Assembly (NCBI GenBank): GCA_951406725.2
Contig: OX597832.1
Span: 2,418,001-2,482,000, forward strand
Origin: Octopus vulgaris
Taxonomy: Eukaryota
Direction: 5' to 3'
Length of the DNA stretch: 64,000 bases
The notes beneath the pieces were generated by a model, which did no database searches, was not told where the DNA came from, and saw only the letters and a program-made list of their open reading frames with translations. This document shows, piece by piece, positions 24,742-37,195 of the stretch (positions are counted from its first letter, which is position 1; every line of letters begins with the position of its first letter). The translations under genes were made by a program, and so were the position numbers.

Positions 24742-24773
<32 letters not shown>

Positions 24774-24890
24774 CAGGCTTCTTTCAGTTGCTGTCTACCA
24801 AATCCACTCAAAAGGCTTTGATCGACCTGAAGCTATAGAAGATGCTCACCTAAGGTACCATGCAACCTGGAACCATGTTAGGAAGCAAGT
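24536..24890 (-). mobile_element. SINE family A
   Basis: Reverse copy with central (CA)n; matches 29396-29763. Confidence 0.7.
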
Positions 24891-24941
24891 ACAATTTAAA
24901 ACTTAAAATGTTTTCTACAAATAACAAGTATTTATCACTCC

Positions 24942-24975
<34 letters not shown>

Positions 24976-25569
24976 TTGTATATATGTACACACACATATA
25001 TATCATTTAACATCGTTGTCCATGCTGGCATGGGTTGGGACGGTTTGACTGGGCTGGCATGCTGAAGGCTACACCAGACTCCATTCTGATTTGGCGTGGT
25101 TTTCTATGGCTGGATGCCCTTCCTAATACCAATAATTAATTGTATATAGGATTCGTTTGAATAAAGACATTTTAATATTAAAGATACCAAGTGAGAGCTG
25201 AGATCTGTATATACCATATACAGACACCCGTGTATACCCATGCATATAGACATATATACTTACACAACATACATGTACATGCACACACAAATATACACAC
25301 ACGTATAGATATACATACTACCATGCAAACCAGCATGCTGTTTCACAATCCAATGTAAATTCCAGATCCAACATAGGGAAGGTTTCAGGTATAGTGTTTA
25401 CATAAAATAGGAACAATATGAGCACTCAGAGAGTGCAAACCTCCACAACAGGAACATGAACAGCCTCTCAATGATTAGCCAATGATGATTTTTAAAATGA
25501 AAATATCTGAAATAAACTTGACTGCTCTCAAAAATGAGAATACTAATTATCAAAGTTAGCCCGAACACC

Positions 25570-26360
25570 ATCATCATCATTTAACGTCCGTTTTCTATGC
25601 TAGCATGGGTTGGGTGGTTTGACCAGGGTCTGGGAAGGCAAGAGGCTGCACCAGGCTCCAGTCTGAGCTGGCTGTGTTTCTACAGCTGGATGCCCTTCCT
25701 AACGCCAACCACTGTGAGTGTAGTGGGTGCTTTTTACGTGCCAGGTGAGGCTGGCAACAGCCACGATCGGTTGGTGCTTTTTACATTCCATCGACACAGA
25801 AGCCAGTCGAGACGGCGCTGGCATCGCCCATGTTTGGATGGTGCTTTTTATGTGCCACCGGCACAGGTATCACAACTGCAATTTCCATTTGATTTTTGAT
25901 GTTGATGTACTTGACTCAGTAGGTCTCCTCAAGCACAGCAGGTTGCCCTACGATCCAAGGATTCCTTCAACTGGTTGGGAGTGGCACTTCTCTCCTCATC
26001 TCTCCTCATCCATCTGTAGTACATGACCATACCAGCGCAGACATCTCTCTTGCATGCCACATCCAATGCTTCTTATGTCCAGCATTTCTCTCAGGGCACT
26101 TACACTCTGTCGTGTGTGCACACTGACATTACACATCCAGCGGATCATGCTAGCTTCATTTCTTTCAAGTCTGTGCATGTCCTCTGCAGTCACAGCCCGT
26201 GTTTCACTACCGTGAAGTATGACAATTCGCACACATGCGTTGTACAATCTACCTTTCACTCTGAGTGAGAGACCCTTTGTCACCAGTAGGGGTAGGAGCT
26301 TTCTAAACTTTGCCCAGGCTATTCTTATTCTAGTGGTAACACTCTCTGAGCATCCACCAT
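25570..26360 (-). mobile_element. RTE LINE 3' end with (GAT)n tail
   Basis: ORF GGCSESVTTRIRIAWAKFRKLLPLL..HGSETRAV..MQERCLRWYGHVLQMDE is contiguous with a 3' UTR ending aaaacggacgttaaatgatgatgatg. Confidence 0.85.
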
Positions 26361-26466
26361 GTATATATAAATGCATATGTATATATGTGTGTAAATATAT
26401 ATATATATATATATATATAGATCAATAAATGGTGGGGTTGTGTTGACCGCACGTGGAGAAATGATA

Positions 26467-26944
26467 AGCAAGGAAAAATTGTAAAAAGGCAGAATGCTAA
26501 ATTGAAAGAAAATTTTAATGAAAATGGGTGTATGGAAAAAGTTTTTGAAAAATTGACAAAATATATATATATATTTTAATTCAAACCGGTTTTCATCATA
26601 ATGTGACTTTTCAAGAATTGTAAAGGAGAAAATTTTTTTAAAGAGACACCTTAATTAAATTAAACAACTTTAGACACCCTTAATTAAATTAAACAACACA
26701 TGGATTTAATCCCATTGGATCTCAATACTTCAAGGTAATTTTTTCGTGAACAATCATTAAACTCAAGATACACAAAGACTTTACAATGTATCGGAGTACC
26801 TATTTTTTAATTTTTGTATATATTTATTATTTTTTTGCAAAAAACAATGTAATTTTCTTTTTTCCCCCCTCCTCACTTTAAAAAAAAAATTTTTCCTTTA
26901 CAATTCTTGAAAAGTCACATTATGACGAAAACCGGGTTTGAATT

Positions 26945-27002
<58 letters not shown>

Positions 27003-27093
27003 ATCAATTTTTCAAAAACTTTTTCCATACACCCATTTTCATTAAAATTTTCTTTCAATTTAGCATTCTGCCTTTTTACAATTTTTCCTTGCT
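26467..27093. repeat. Inverted repeat with ~180-220 bp arms
   Basis: 26467-26643 is the reverse complement of 26876-27093 apart from (TA)n length and a few substitutions. Confidence 0.92.
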
Positions 27094-28077
27094 ATATATA
27101 TATAGAGTGCTACTGGTAACATGTAACCCAGTACAACCTGTTGCATGATCGGGTCGTCGGTGACTAAACCGGCAACCCCACCAAGCTTGCTTGGTGAGGA
27201 GGGTGTTTATTGGACACCCTGCAGGATGAAAAACAAAACCCGTCAAAGGGCAGAGGAACTCTTGAGAGTCAATGGCCATCCAATAAATGTCTTAAGGCTG
27301 TATCATGCGCAGGGACATAGAAATAATCGGACTGAATACTTGATCGCGCGGTTAAACCATTGGGAGTGAAGGACTCCTAGCCTTTGTTAGGGCATCCTTC
27401 TAGGAGAAGGTAACTCAGGTAACTCCGACATAAAACCTGCGGCTCAGTGGTTACCGATGATGTTGACTTGTTCTTCTTTTTGGATTATGGCTGCTGTTGC
27501 TTAGGATTGACTCTGCACAGCCTTTCCTCACTTTAAAAAAAATCTTCTTGCACCGGCATTGCACAATAACAACATTGATTAAGCTTCGTGCAATGGCCAT
27601 ACTCGATAACGAGGGGGCAGCCACCATATATATATATAAAATCATCAGCGGCGTTTAACATTCGCCTTCCATGCTAGCATGGGTGGGTATATATATTTAT
27701 AAATTTTTAGCAGAAGTAACAGTGACTCAAGGCCCAAGAGTTTCATGCATTGGTACTTATCAAACATTAAATTCTCAGACCTTGAGTCACTCTGTTACTT
27801 CTGCTAAATATTGATAAAAATATATATATATATATATACATACTCATTTTGAGTTCTCTTTTTCCTGTTTGCATCGCCGTACATACAGCGCAAAGACACC
27901 TCTTTCAATATCACCCTCCTTTTAAAAGATTTTTGTCTTGTAAGTTACTTGGTGACCTTGCCAGTGCTGGCAGTCCGTTGTGTAAAGTGCAGCCTCTGAC
28001 ACACTGTTAACCCATGCTAGCATGGAAGACTGACATTAAATGATGATGATGATGTTATGCAGACACACCACAATATA

Positions 28078-28311
28078 TATTTCTTTACTACCCACAAGGG
28101 GCTAAACACAGAGGGGACAAACAAGGACAGACAAACGGATTAAGTCGATTACATCGATCCCAGTGCGTAACTGGTACTTAATTTATCGACCCTGAAAGGA
28201 TGAAAGGCAAATTCGACCTCGACGGAATTTGAACTCAGAACATAACGGCAGACGAAATACGGCTACGCATTTCGCCCAGCGTGCTAACGTTTCTGCCAGC
28301 TCGCCGCCTTT
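28078..28311 (-). mobile_element. SINE family C, young CpG-rich copy
   Basis: Minus strand aaggcggcgagctggcagaaacgttagcac..gagttcaaattcc (B box)..gcctttcatcctttcagggtcgataaattaagtaccag. Confidence 0.8.
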
Positions 28312-28559
28312 CATTACAATATAGGTTTGTAATTGGTTCCAGGACAGATTATTTAACTTGAAAAATGACATAACACAAAACAAAAGACATTCAACAATTC
28401 ATTGAAATTCAGTAAAAAGGACTTCCAGTCACTATAAAATACTATTTAACTATTTAAAAAAAAATTATGAAAAAGATAATGTTAAAAGCTTAGAAAAGAA
28501 CCAAAAAAATAAAAAGAAAGATAAACTAATGTGCTTGATTGGCGAGGAGTGAAAGTTGG

Positions 28560-29860
28560 AGGGAAAGCATGGGTTATAGTGTTGACATTGAAGCTGAAGG
28601 AATTAATTTGTCTTCAGATGTTTCCACTTCAGGCCATCGACTTTCAATACGTAGCAAAAATTTGTCTTGAGTACTGTGAATGGTTTTACTCTTTGTTATC
28701 CATGATAACCTTCTAAGGACATTAGCATCATGAACAATCCCAATAATTTTAATGAAGTGCTCAGCATTAGGATCCAGCTTCTCGAAAAGGGCTAGTAATT
28801 TCTCTTTATATGGGAAAGCTTGCTGCATTTTCTTAATGAAGCGCCATGGTTCTGGTTTCATTTGCTGTGCATCTTCTTCTGAGCAACTCCATCAATTCTT
28901 CATTTTTGAGTAGTTGCTTGTCAGTATCAATCAATGCTTCAAAATCTTCCTCCTCCAAACCCATATTCAATTCTTTTGACAATGCCACCAATTCTTTGTT
29001 CATATCAGAAATGTCAAAACCTTGAAATTATCCACAAATTGAGAGTACAGTTTCTTCCAAATGGCATTCATACACATTTCTGATGCATCCGTCCATGCAG
29101 AATTGATATTAAGAATGGCTTTTGAACTATTGCACATCTTCCAAAAATCATAGTGTGGTGCCTTCCTTTCTGTTGTTGCCACACTCTGCCTAGGTACACA
29201 TCTTTGGTAGCAATACTTGAAGTTAGAAAAGATAGCTTGGTCCATATGTTGCAGTTTGGAGGGTATATGATGGTGATATTAGGATAAAATCAACAATGTT
29301 TTATGGGTGACCAGGAGCATTGTCAAAAATTAATAGTATCTTAAATGGAATATTTTTCTCTTTATAGTACTTCTCAACTGCAAGAACAAAATGATTACTC
29401 TCTTTACTTTTTTACTTGTTTCAGTCATTTGATTGCAGCCATGCTGGAGCACCGCCTTTAGTCGAGCAAATCGACTCCAGGACTTGTCCTCTGTAAGCCT
29501 AGTACTTATTCTATTGGTCTATTTTGCCGAACCACTAAGTTACAGGGCATAAACACACCAGCATCGGTTGTCAAGCGATGTTGAGGGCACAAACACACAC
29601 ATATACGACGGACTTCTTTCAGTTTTCATCTACCAAATCCACTCACAAGGCTTTGGTTGGCCCAAGGCTATAGCAGAAGACACTTGCCCGTGGTGCCATG
29701 CAGTGGGTCTGAACCTGGAACCATGTGGTTAGTAAGCAAGCTACTTACCACACAGCCACTCCTGGAAAAATCAATCTTGAAATTATAACTCATCCAGACT
29801 TTAGTATTTGACCTTCATATAACTGGGAGTGATACTTTTGACATGTTCTTAAATGCTGAA
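28560..29860 (-). mobile_element. Tigger/pogo-type transposase remnant, split by a SINE (29396-29763)
   Basis: SLPVI*RSNTKVW, EKNIPFKILLIFDNAPGHP, MDQAIFSNFK, MNAIWKKLYSQFVDNFK and DPNAEHF resemble TIGD1/Tigger motifs. Confidence 0.8.
29396..29763 (-). mobile_element. SINE family A, full length
   Basis: Minus strand ggagtggctgtgtggtaagtagcttgcttac..ggttccaggttcagacccactgc..ccagcatggctgcaatcaaatgactgaaacaagtaaaa. Confidence 0.82.
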
Positions 29861-29927
29861 ATATATTGCAAAAAATTGTTATATATCATTCACATATTGT
29901 TTTTTTTTCTTTCTTTTTTTCCTGTAG

Positions 29928-30022
29928 TCACATGTTTCTAATAAAAAAAGAACTCAAGGTTCTAATGATGATTCCTCAACAACTAACCAGAGGAATAACT
30001 TGAAAAGGTCTTCAACTCTGAG
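29928..30022 (+). CDS. ATAD2: ATAD2 coding exon 2 (low-complexity N-terminus)
   Basis: Long polypyrimidine tract ..cctgtag| SHVSNKKRTQGSNDDSSTTNQRNNLKRSSTL(R) |gttagt. Phase 0 to 2 fits both neighbours. Confidence 0.7.
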
Positions 30023-30613
30023 GTTAGTACCACTTGAGAATTATATGTTTAATTGACTAATATTTTTATTTCTCAGGGAAAGAATATTCCTTAAATTTTC
30101 TCATTTCTAAATTCTCATGTATTTTATATATTGCAAAATTAAGATTTCTATGGGATTTTTAATGATATTACTATTTTCTTTATGTTCAACTGTTAAATAT
30201 ATTGGAACTACTAATGTAAGGACATGTTAAAGTATTACTTAAATATTATTATTTCATGTTGATATCAAATCTTTCCAATAATTTTCCCAGACGAGATGTT
30301 TGGGAGTCTGAGATTGTTGTTTGATTGGTTAGAAAAAATATTTGAAAGCTTGAAAACTATATTAACACAATTTGCAGAAATTTTGACTACAGTAGCAACA
30401 AAAAGGTTTGCACTGTGACTCCTATTTCTTAATCTGTCATGGTATTATGATTTTTACAGAATTATATTGACATTATTGTAGTCTAGCCTGTGGTTTTAAC
30501 ACTAACATTATTTTGTTTTGTATGCAACTTATTTAGTTAGTTACGTGAAATATTTATTGCAAATTGAAAATTAAAGCAATAATAACTAAACATTTTCAAA
30601 ATATGTGATTTAA

Positions 30614-30831
30614 CCCTTTCGTTACTGTATTTATTTTGAGATGCTCTGTGTTTCTTTCAATTATTTTAAATATAACAAAGAATTTAGTAAAATAACTTTT
30701 ATCATTAAGCTAGTGTTAGGAACATAAATTGTGACTAAGATTTGGTGTAAGATTTGAATTATGAATTATGAAAACAAGACATTTATACTAAAGAACCAGA
30801 GCCAGTTTCAGCCAGGTTGGTAACGAAAGGG
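30614..30831. mobile_element. piggyBac-type MITE
   Basis: TTAA|CCCTTTCGTTAC...GTAACGAAAGGG|TTAA. Confidence 0.88.
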
Positions 30832-32820
30832 TTAAAGAGTATCAATGATGCTTTTCTCATGTTTTTATTAAATCTATTTAAATCGAATTTTAAGGAAAGC
30901 ATATATATATAATTTCATGAAAACAAGCAGATATTAAGGTGACGTAGTGGAGGAATTTTGATTCCTTCTATACTTTAGCATTTTTGTTAAGTCTTGTTTA
31001 TATAGAGGGACAATTACTTTGAATGTCTGTTGGAAAAGGTTTAGTTTCGGTACTGGGAAAGTATTGCTGGAAGTAAAATTTACTGTGGTTAATAATGAAA
31101 ACTTTTGTAACTAAGACAAACCTAATTAGTTATATTTGGTACAATTTTGACATAATAACTTTATTATGTCAACATTTTTGGAGAAAATTTGTTTTTGATA
31201 AAAAAAAAAAAGGTGAATATTCTACAAAGGATAATTTATATAATGTAGCTGTAGTGTGAAACATGAATGGTAAAACTAATGAACTTCAGTAACTGCTTTG
31301 GAATATAATGGAGTACCCATATGCAAACAGTTCTCTAAATGAACAATTTGAATAACAAATAGTTTTACTGAAGAAAACTAAACTCACAAAATGAGTTGAA
31401 ATTTCATCAGTGAACCATGAGCAGGCTATGCACATGTGTAAGTGACTGGGGGCCCATTAACTTAACAATTTGAAATCTAACTACAAACCACAAGTAGACT
31501 ACATAAGTGCTGGGAGAGCATATACAAATAGGTATGCTAAATGAACAAAGAAAATTATATTCAGCTGCCAATCTGAAATTTGAACAACAAATTAGAAATA
31601 GTTTAAGTGACTGAGAAAACATACAAGTAGTTTGTTTATATCCATGTACACATTTTGTGTAGCTTGCAAATTTTCATATTTTATATGGAAAATATTTCTC
31701 ATATTTTGCTTAAAATAGCAATGGATCAACACAAGCTAAACTGAGAAAATGTACTCATACACATTTACACACATGTATTTGCAATTCTGTAGAGTGGTTG
31801 GTATTAGGAAGGGCATCTAGCCATAGAAACTATGTTAAAACAGGCTATGGAACCTGGTGCAGCCCCCTGACCATGCCAATTCCTGTTAGGCTGTTTAACC
31901 TGTGCCAGCATGGGAAATGGACATTGAATGTTAATGATGATATAGATGGATAAACGAATAAAATATCATTTCATGCCTTTATATAGAATTTGGGTGTGGC
32001 TTGGAACAAATTACTCCTGTTTATATGAAATGAACAGGGCTCCGCAACAGATTATATAGAGACCCAACTGTTTATGAAAGATGAACCATATTTTCCAGAG
32101 TTAATGTTGAGAAAAGAACTGAGTATTAGAGATATATGATTAATATGAATATGGAACAAGATTCAAAATAATATAATAGCTTAAAGGAAGTAAACCTTTT
32201 GAATAAACGAATGTCTGCTTGACATGGGAATTTCTGTGTAGTCGCTCAACATTAACAACTAAATCTCCTAATTACTCCTTACTGTTGTGAGATACAGAGG
32301 ACACATTAGATAATACAGTCCACTGCTTACAAAAAGAGAAAAAAATGGTGATGGCTGTGGCTGGAATTTATTTGATTACAGGTCTGCTTGATTGGAGCTA
32401 AATAACTATATTGTCTCCCGTCAGAGATGTTTAGAGAGAGGCTCTATTGCACAGTACTATAAGTGGGACATTATGATGAGTACAGTGATATTGCTGATCT
32501 TGTTTGAGGTAGTTTTTGTGAATAGAGGAATTCTTTGTTTACTTTTTTTTTTTCTTTGAAAAATGACATAGTTTGTCTTAGCCTGAAAAATATCTAGTCT
32601 AATTTTCACATACAGCAGTTAGGTTTTGTTATAAAATACCCACTATAAATACCCATATTAATTTCTACATTTGAGTCTTTCACCATAAAAAAAAAAAAAG
32701 TCTTATAATGAATGTTAAAAATATAAAAAGTCATACAATAAATGTTAAAAATGCAAAGCTTCTTGTTTAGCTAAATGTAAATTTTAAAATATTTACTTCT
32801 TAAAACAATAACAATAATAA

Positions 32821-33505
32821 TCTTTCTAGTAAAAGCACAAGGCCTGAAATTTTGTGGGAAGAGAATAGTCAATTACATTGATCCCCCAATGTGAAACTGG
32901 TACTTATTTCATTGACCCCAAAAGATAAAAAGCAAAGTTGACTTTAGTGTCATTTGAACTCAGAACATAAAGCCAGAAGAAATACCATTAAGTATTTTGT
33001 CACATATGCTAACAATGCCCGTCTTCTACCTTAATGATGATGATAATCCTTTCTACTATTGGCACAAGGCTTGAACTTTCAAGGGCAGGGGAACAAGTCA
33101 ATTACATTGACCCAGTATTCAACTGGTACTTATTTCATCGACTCTGAAAGGATAAAGGGCAAGTTGACCTTGGTGGAATTTGAATTCAGAATGTAAAGAT
33201 GGACAAAATGCCAGTAAGCTTTTTTGTCCAGGGTGCTAAGGATTCTCCCACCTTGCAGTCATAATAATAATAATCTTTTTTTTTTTAAAGGCACAAGGCC
33301 TGAAATTTGGGAGAGGGCGATAGTTGATTACATCGACCCCCAGTACTCAACTGGTACTTATTTCCCACAAAATTTCAGGCCTTGTGCTTGAAGGGATGAA
33401 AGGCAGAGTTGACCTCAGTGGAATTTGAACTCAGAACATAAAGACATAATATACTACTAAGCATTTTGCCTGGTGTGCTGATGTTTTTGCCAGCTTGTCG
33501 CCTTA
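32821..33505 (-). mobile_element. Three tandem SINE family C copies separated by (TAA)n
   Basis: Three ~225-bp units, each cacaagg(c/t)..gaa..ctggtacttattt..tttgaa(c/t)tcagaa. Confidence 0.82.
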
Positions 33506-33521
33506 ATGATAATAATAATAA

Positions 33522-34375
33522 AGAAGGCTTGCGTGAATAACATCAAAGACAACTGGAAAGGTAAACTCCTGCATGGAAGATACCATAACTGCCTGTCCAA
33601 ACCAGATATCAAAACCTAACACACCAATGGCTACAAGGTCTCAAAGGAGAAACAGAAGGTTTTGCTATTGCAGCACAAAATCAGAGCTTACCTACCAGAA
33701 ACTACCATACAAACATCCTTGAAGATGAATCTGTCTTGTCATACAGAATTTGCAGAAAATTCAGAGACAATTGATCATGTTGTTTCTGGCTGCCCAGTCC
33801 TCATTGAAAAGGAGTTCCTCATAAGACATGACAGACTAGGGCAGTACATCCACTGGAATGCTTGTAAATGCTACAAAATTAAATCCCATGATAAGTGGTA
33901 CAGGCACTATCCAGAGGATGTAGTAAATGGAACTTTCCAATGCAAACAGATAGAAAAATTGACTCCAGTCAACCAGACATTGTGATCAACGACTACAACA
34001 GAGGAACTTGTCTGTTAATAGATATGTCTGTCCCACAAGGAATGCGAAAAGCTTGCTCACTATGAAGATCTGCAAATTAAAATCACAAAAATGTGGAAGC
34101 TTCATACTATGATAATACCAGTAGTAATTGGTATGTTGGGAATGATAAAGAAGAGAGCTGAGAAGTATATTAAGCAACTCTTTGATAACTCTAATCTCTG
34201 TGAACTACAAAAGATAACCGTGATGGATACAGCCATCTAAAATAGAATAAATGTGGTGATAATTTTTGCATGCATAGCAAAATAAAAGTGCCCTTGCTAC
34301 TCTTGGCATCCAGAGGATGCCCAGTACTAAGGCAGCTGAAATAGTTATAATGAAAGGAAGCCATAAATGATAAAA
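33522..34375 (+). mobile_element. 3' fragment of an R4/Dong-clade RLE non-LTR retrotransposon
   Basis: LHGRY, LKGETEG, Q.LPTRNY, ETIDHVVSGCPVL..RHD, QPDIV..CLLIDMSVP (CCHC knuckle plus PD-D RLE); flanked by (TAA)n on both sides. Confidence 0.82.
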
Positions 34376-35379
34376 ATAATAATAAGCTTAGTTATAAAGC
34401 TATCCCCTTTTAAATAATATCTCTCTGTTTACATATTTTAATTATAAAATAGTGTTAAAAAATTATATCTTAAACTGCTTTCTTTGCCAAACCATGTTGA
34501 AATTAGTTATGATTGCTAACTCATGGAAATTATCAGTTTTAGGATCATCATTGTTTAAAAGAGCAAATTTTTCTGAGTTTGAATAGGACTGCTGATCTAG
34601 CATACTGTCAGCCCTGGGGTTGATGTAATCAACTTACTCCGCTCCAAAATTGCTAGCCCAGTGCCAAAATTTGAAACCAGTATTTCTATGTTCTATCTTA
34701 ACTTCGTCACTGTCCTTTCCATGGTACATTTGTAACATATGATCTTTGCACACTTCATTAGTATATATATCACAACATGCAGCAATGAATTCCCAGTTTT
34801 CTCATTCAGTGACAAACTACATGGAAATGAATTTCAAGTGCAAACTTCTTGTATGACCCTGCTTGCTTTCCTGTTTGACACTGAAATACTAGTACTTGTA
34901 GCTTGAGACAAGCTATATCTACTACTTAATTTGCTTTCAGATAATTTTGTTTTGAAGTTATTTTTGGAGATCACTTATTTAAAATTGCACTAGAAAAAGT
35001 ATAGTTACTTCACTTTTATTAAAATCCTTTGTAGTACTTATTAAGTCTCCTACATAACTATCAATCCCATGTAGTTAGCCATCTGTATCATCGACATGTA
35101 TATATATATATATATCTATGTATATTTTGAGCAACTAGTTCTTTCATTGATCAAGTGCTTATCTATCTTTTCATCTATAAATTAAAGAAGGCCACTTCTC
35201 AGATGACCCTGAGATTTCATGCTCTTCCTTACTAACCAGCACATGGGTCTTTGCTATTTTGACCTTTGTATTTTCAAGTTCAGAATTTTTCTATAACTTA
35301 GTGACACACTCTGCTGAAAATTAGATTATCAACATAGAGAAGTTCCAAGGACAACCAGTCTTGAACTGTTGTGCTATAA

Positions 35380-37195
35380 CACTGCATGACACTAATTTTT
35401 TAGTAAACACTACTTAAGGTGATAGTTAATTTTAGGGTGTTCTTTATGAATATGAAATCTATTTTGCTCCATCACATCTATATTTTGATTTACAAGATAT
35501 CCCATATAAGCTACATTTATAGAAAAAGTGTTTAATCTTGTGAACATTGCATGTAATTTATTAACATGCTTTCTTTAGTCTTTGTTTTACTTAATTGAGG
35601 AAAGATATCTTTCAGCAACTTGTCTGGTTGCCCCTCAATGTCTTGTGACTTCATGAAATTTTTGAAGATTCCAAGTTTAATATGTAGTTGTAGTAACACA
35701 AATAGCTCAGGTAAAACTAGTAGTGCATATTAAACTCTTTTATTCCCTGGTCTTCATTCATGATGTGCTGGACGACCCTGCTGACTGTAGTGCTCATTTC
35801 AAGCCATGCTGTCCCACAAGAACAAGCAGCAGCAAACCTTTGTGTAACTTTTTTGCACTCCAGTTAAAAAAATTATCTTCAAGTCACCTCCAGCTTTCCA
35901 CTTGAAATCATCATACCTGATCAAGAAAAATACATCTTGATGGTATCATATGACTCTTTTGTCTTCCTCAACCCACTGGAATCTCTGGGTAATCATTTCC
36001 AACATGCAAAAGGACTGCCTTTAAGTTAGAAACACTTCTGTCAATGAATAATCACCAATATCTTGACATTAGAGGAAAATCCCTGTACCATCATCAGACC
36101 AGTAATGTTCTTGCATTAAACAAAACCCATTTCATTATGCATGTCGAAAAATTTAAGAAATTTCTTCTCACTGCCTGTATGCTGTTTTAGTTCCTTGGGC
36201 TAAGACACCATATTCTTCCAGCCAAGTAAACATCATTCTTGGAAAGTCACAACTTTTGAACAAAATGATAAAGTTGTTCTTGAGTTATTTCAGGGCATGG
36301 ATGAGGAATTTCAAAATCCTGTTCATCCATTTGCTCTTCACATTTAGTTTTGTCTTTGGAATCGTCATTTGACTCGCTCAATGGTTGATTGCCTGGCACA
36401 GAAGAATTTCATCTTTATATGGTTTTGGATGGCTGATGGCAAATTAACATACTTGATTATACCTTGTAGTTTTCTTATTGGATCCTCAACGTTATTAATG
36501 CAAAAGTAGCAATCAGTAGAATGGTTGCTTTGTTCTAAGCATACCATTAGAGTGGCAAATGGCATTTGCACCAGCTTGTCGCTGGACCTCAAGGAAAGCC
36601 AATCACTGCAAACTTTACATACAGTATGTGGAGCAAAACATTTATCTTGGTCTCCAAGTTTCATTTTGAAGTAATCCTTATATCTTACTTGTGTTAGTGG
36701 TGTGGCGTTTCTCCAGTCTTTGAATGCATATCCCCCACAGATGTAGCAAAAGTGATCTGGGTCATTGCGACATACACATCTTGAAGCCATGCAAATTGAA
36801 GTGGAGAAATAAAAAAACAGCAGTCCACAGAGAAAAGAATAATTATCAATTTGATACAAGTCACAATAACATCCAAAACATACATTTAAATCAAAGTGTT
36901 CTAAAAATAGACACAATCTAATATTTGTTATATCTACTTTTACAGCTCTCTTATTAAAGGTTGCCACAAACGAACAATCAAAGGTACTCTTAAAAGATAA
37001 ATGGGAACTTTTTATGTACTGCATGCTACATTACCTTTATATAAGTTTGGTATATAGGAGGTATCTTTTAGATCAAAGTCTAGATATGATGGAATAAAAC
37101 TCACTTCATATTCAAAAAGGGTACCCTAAAATTAGCTAAAATTACGTTAATTATCTCATACTAAAGAAACTTTTTTTTCATTTTGTTATGCAGTG
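35380..37195 (-). mobile_element. Chapaev3 (CMC superfamily) DNA transposon, internally deleted
   Basis: TAA|CACTGCAT...ATGCAGTG|TAA (3-bp TWA TSD) with ~110 bp imperfect TIRs. ORF from 36790 reads CRNDPDHFCYICG..KLGDQDKCFAPHTVC..NHSTDCYFC, and a downstream remnant reads LHIKLGIFKNFMK. Confidence 0.85.
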
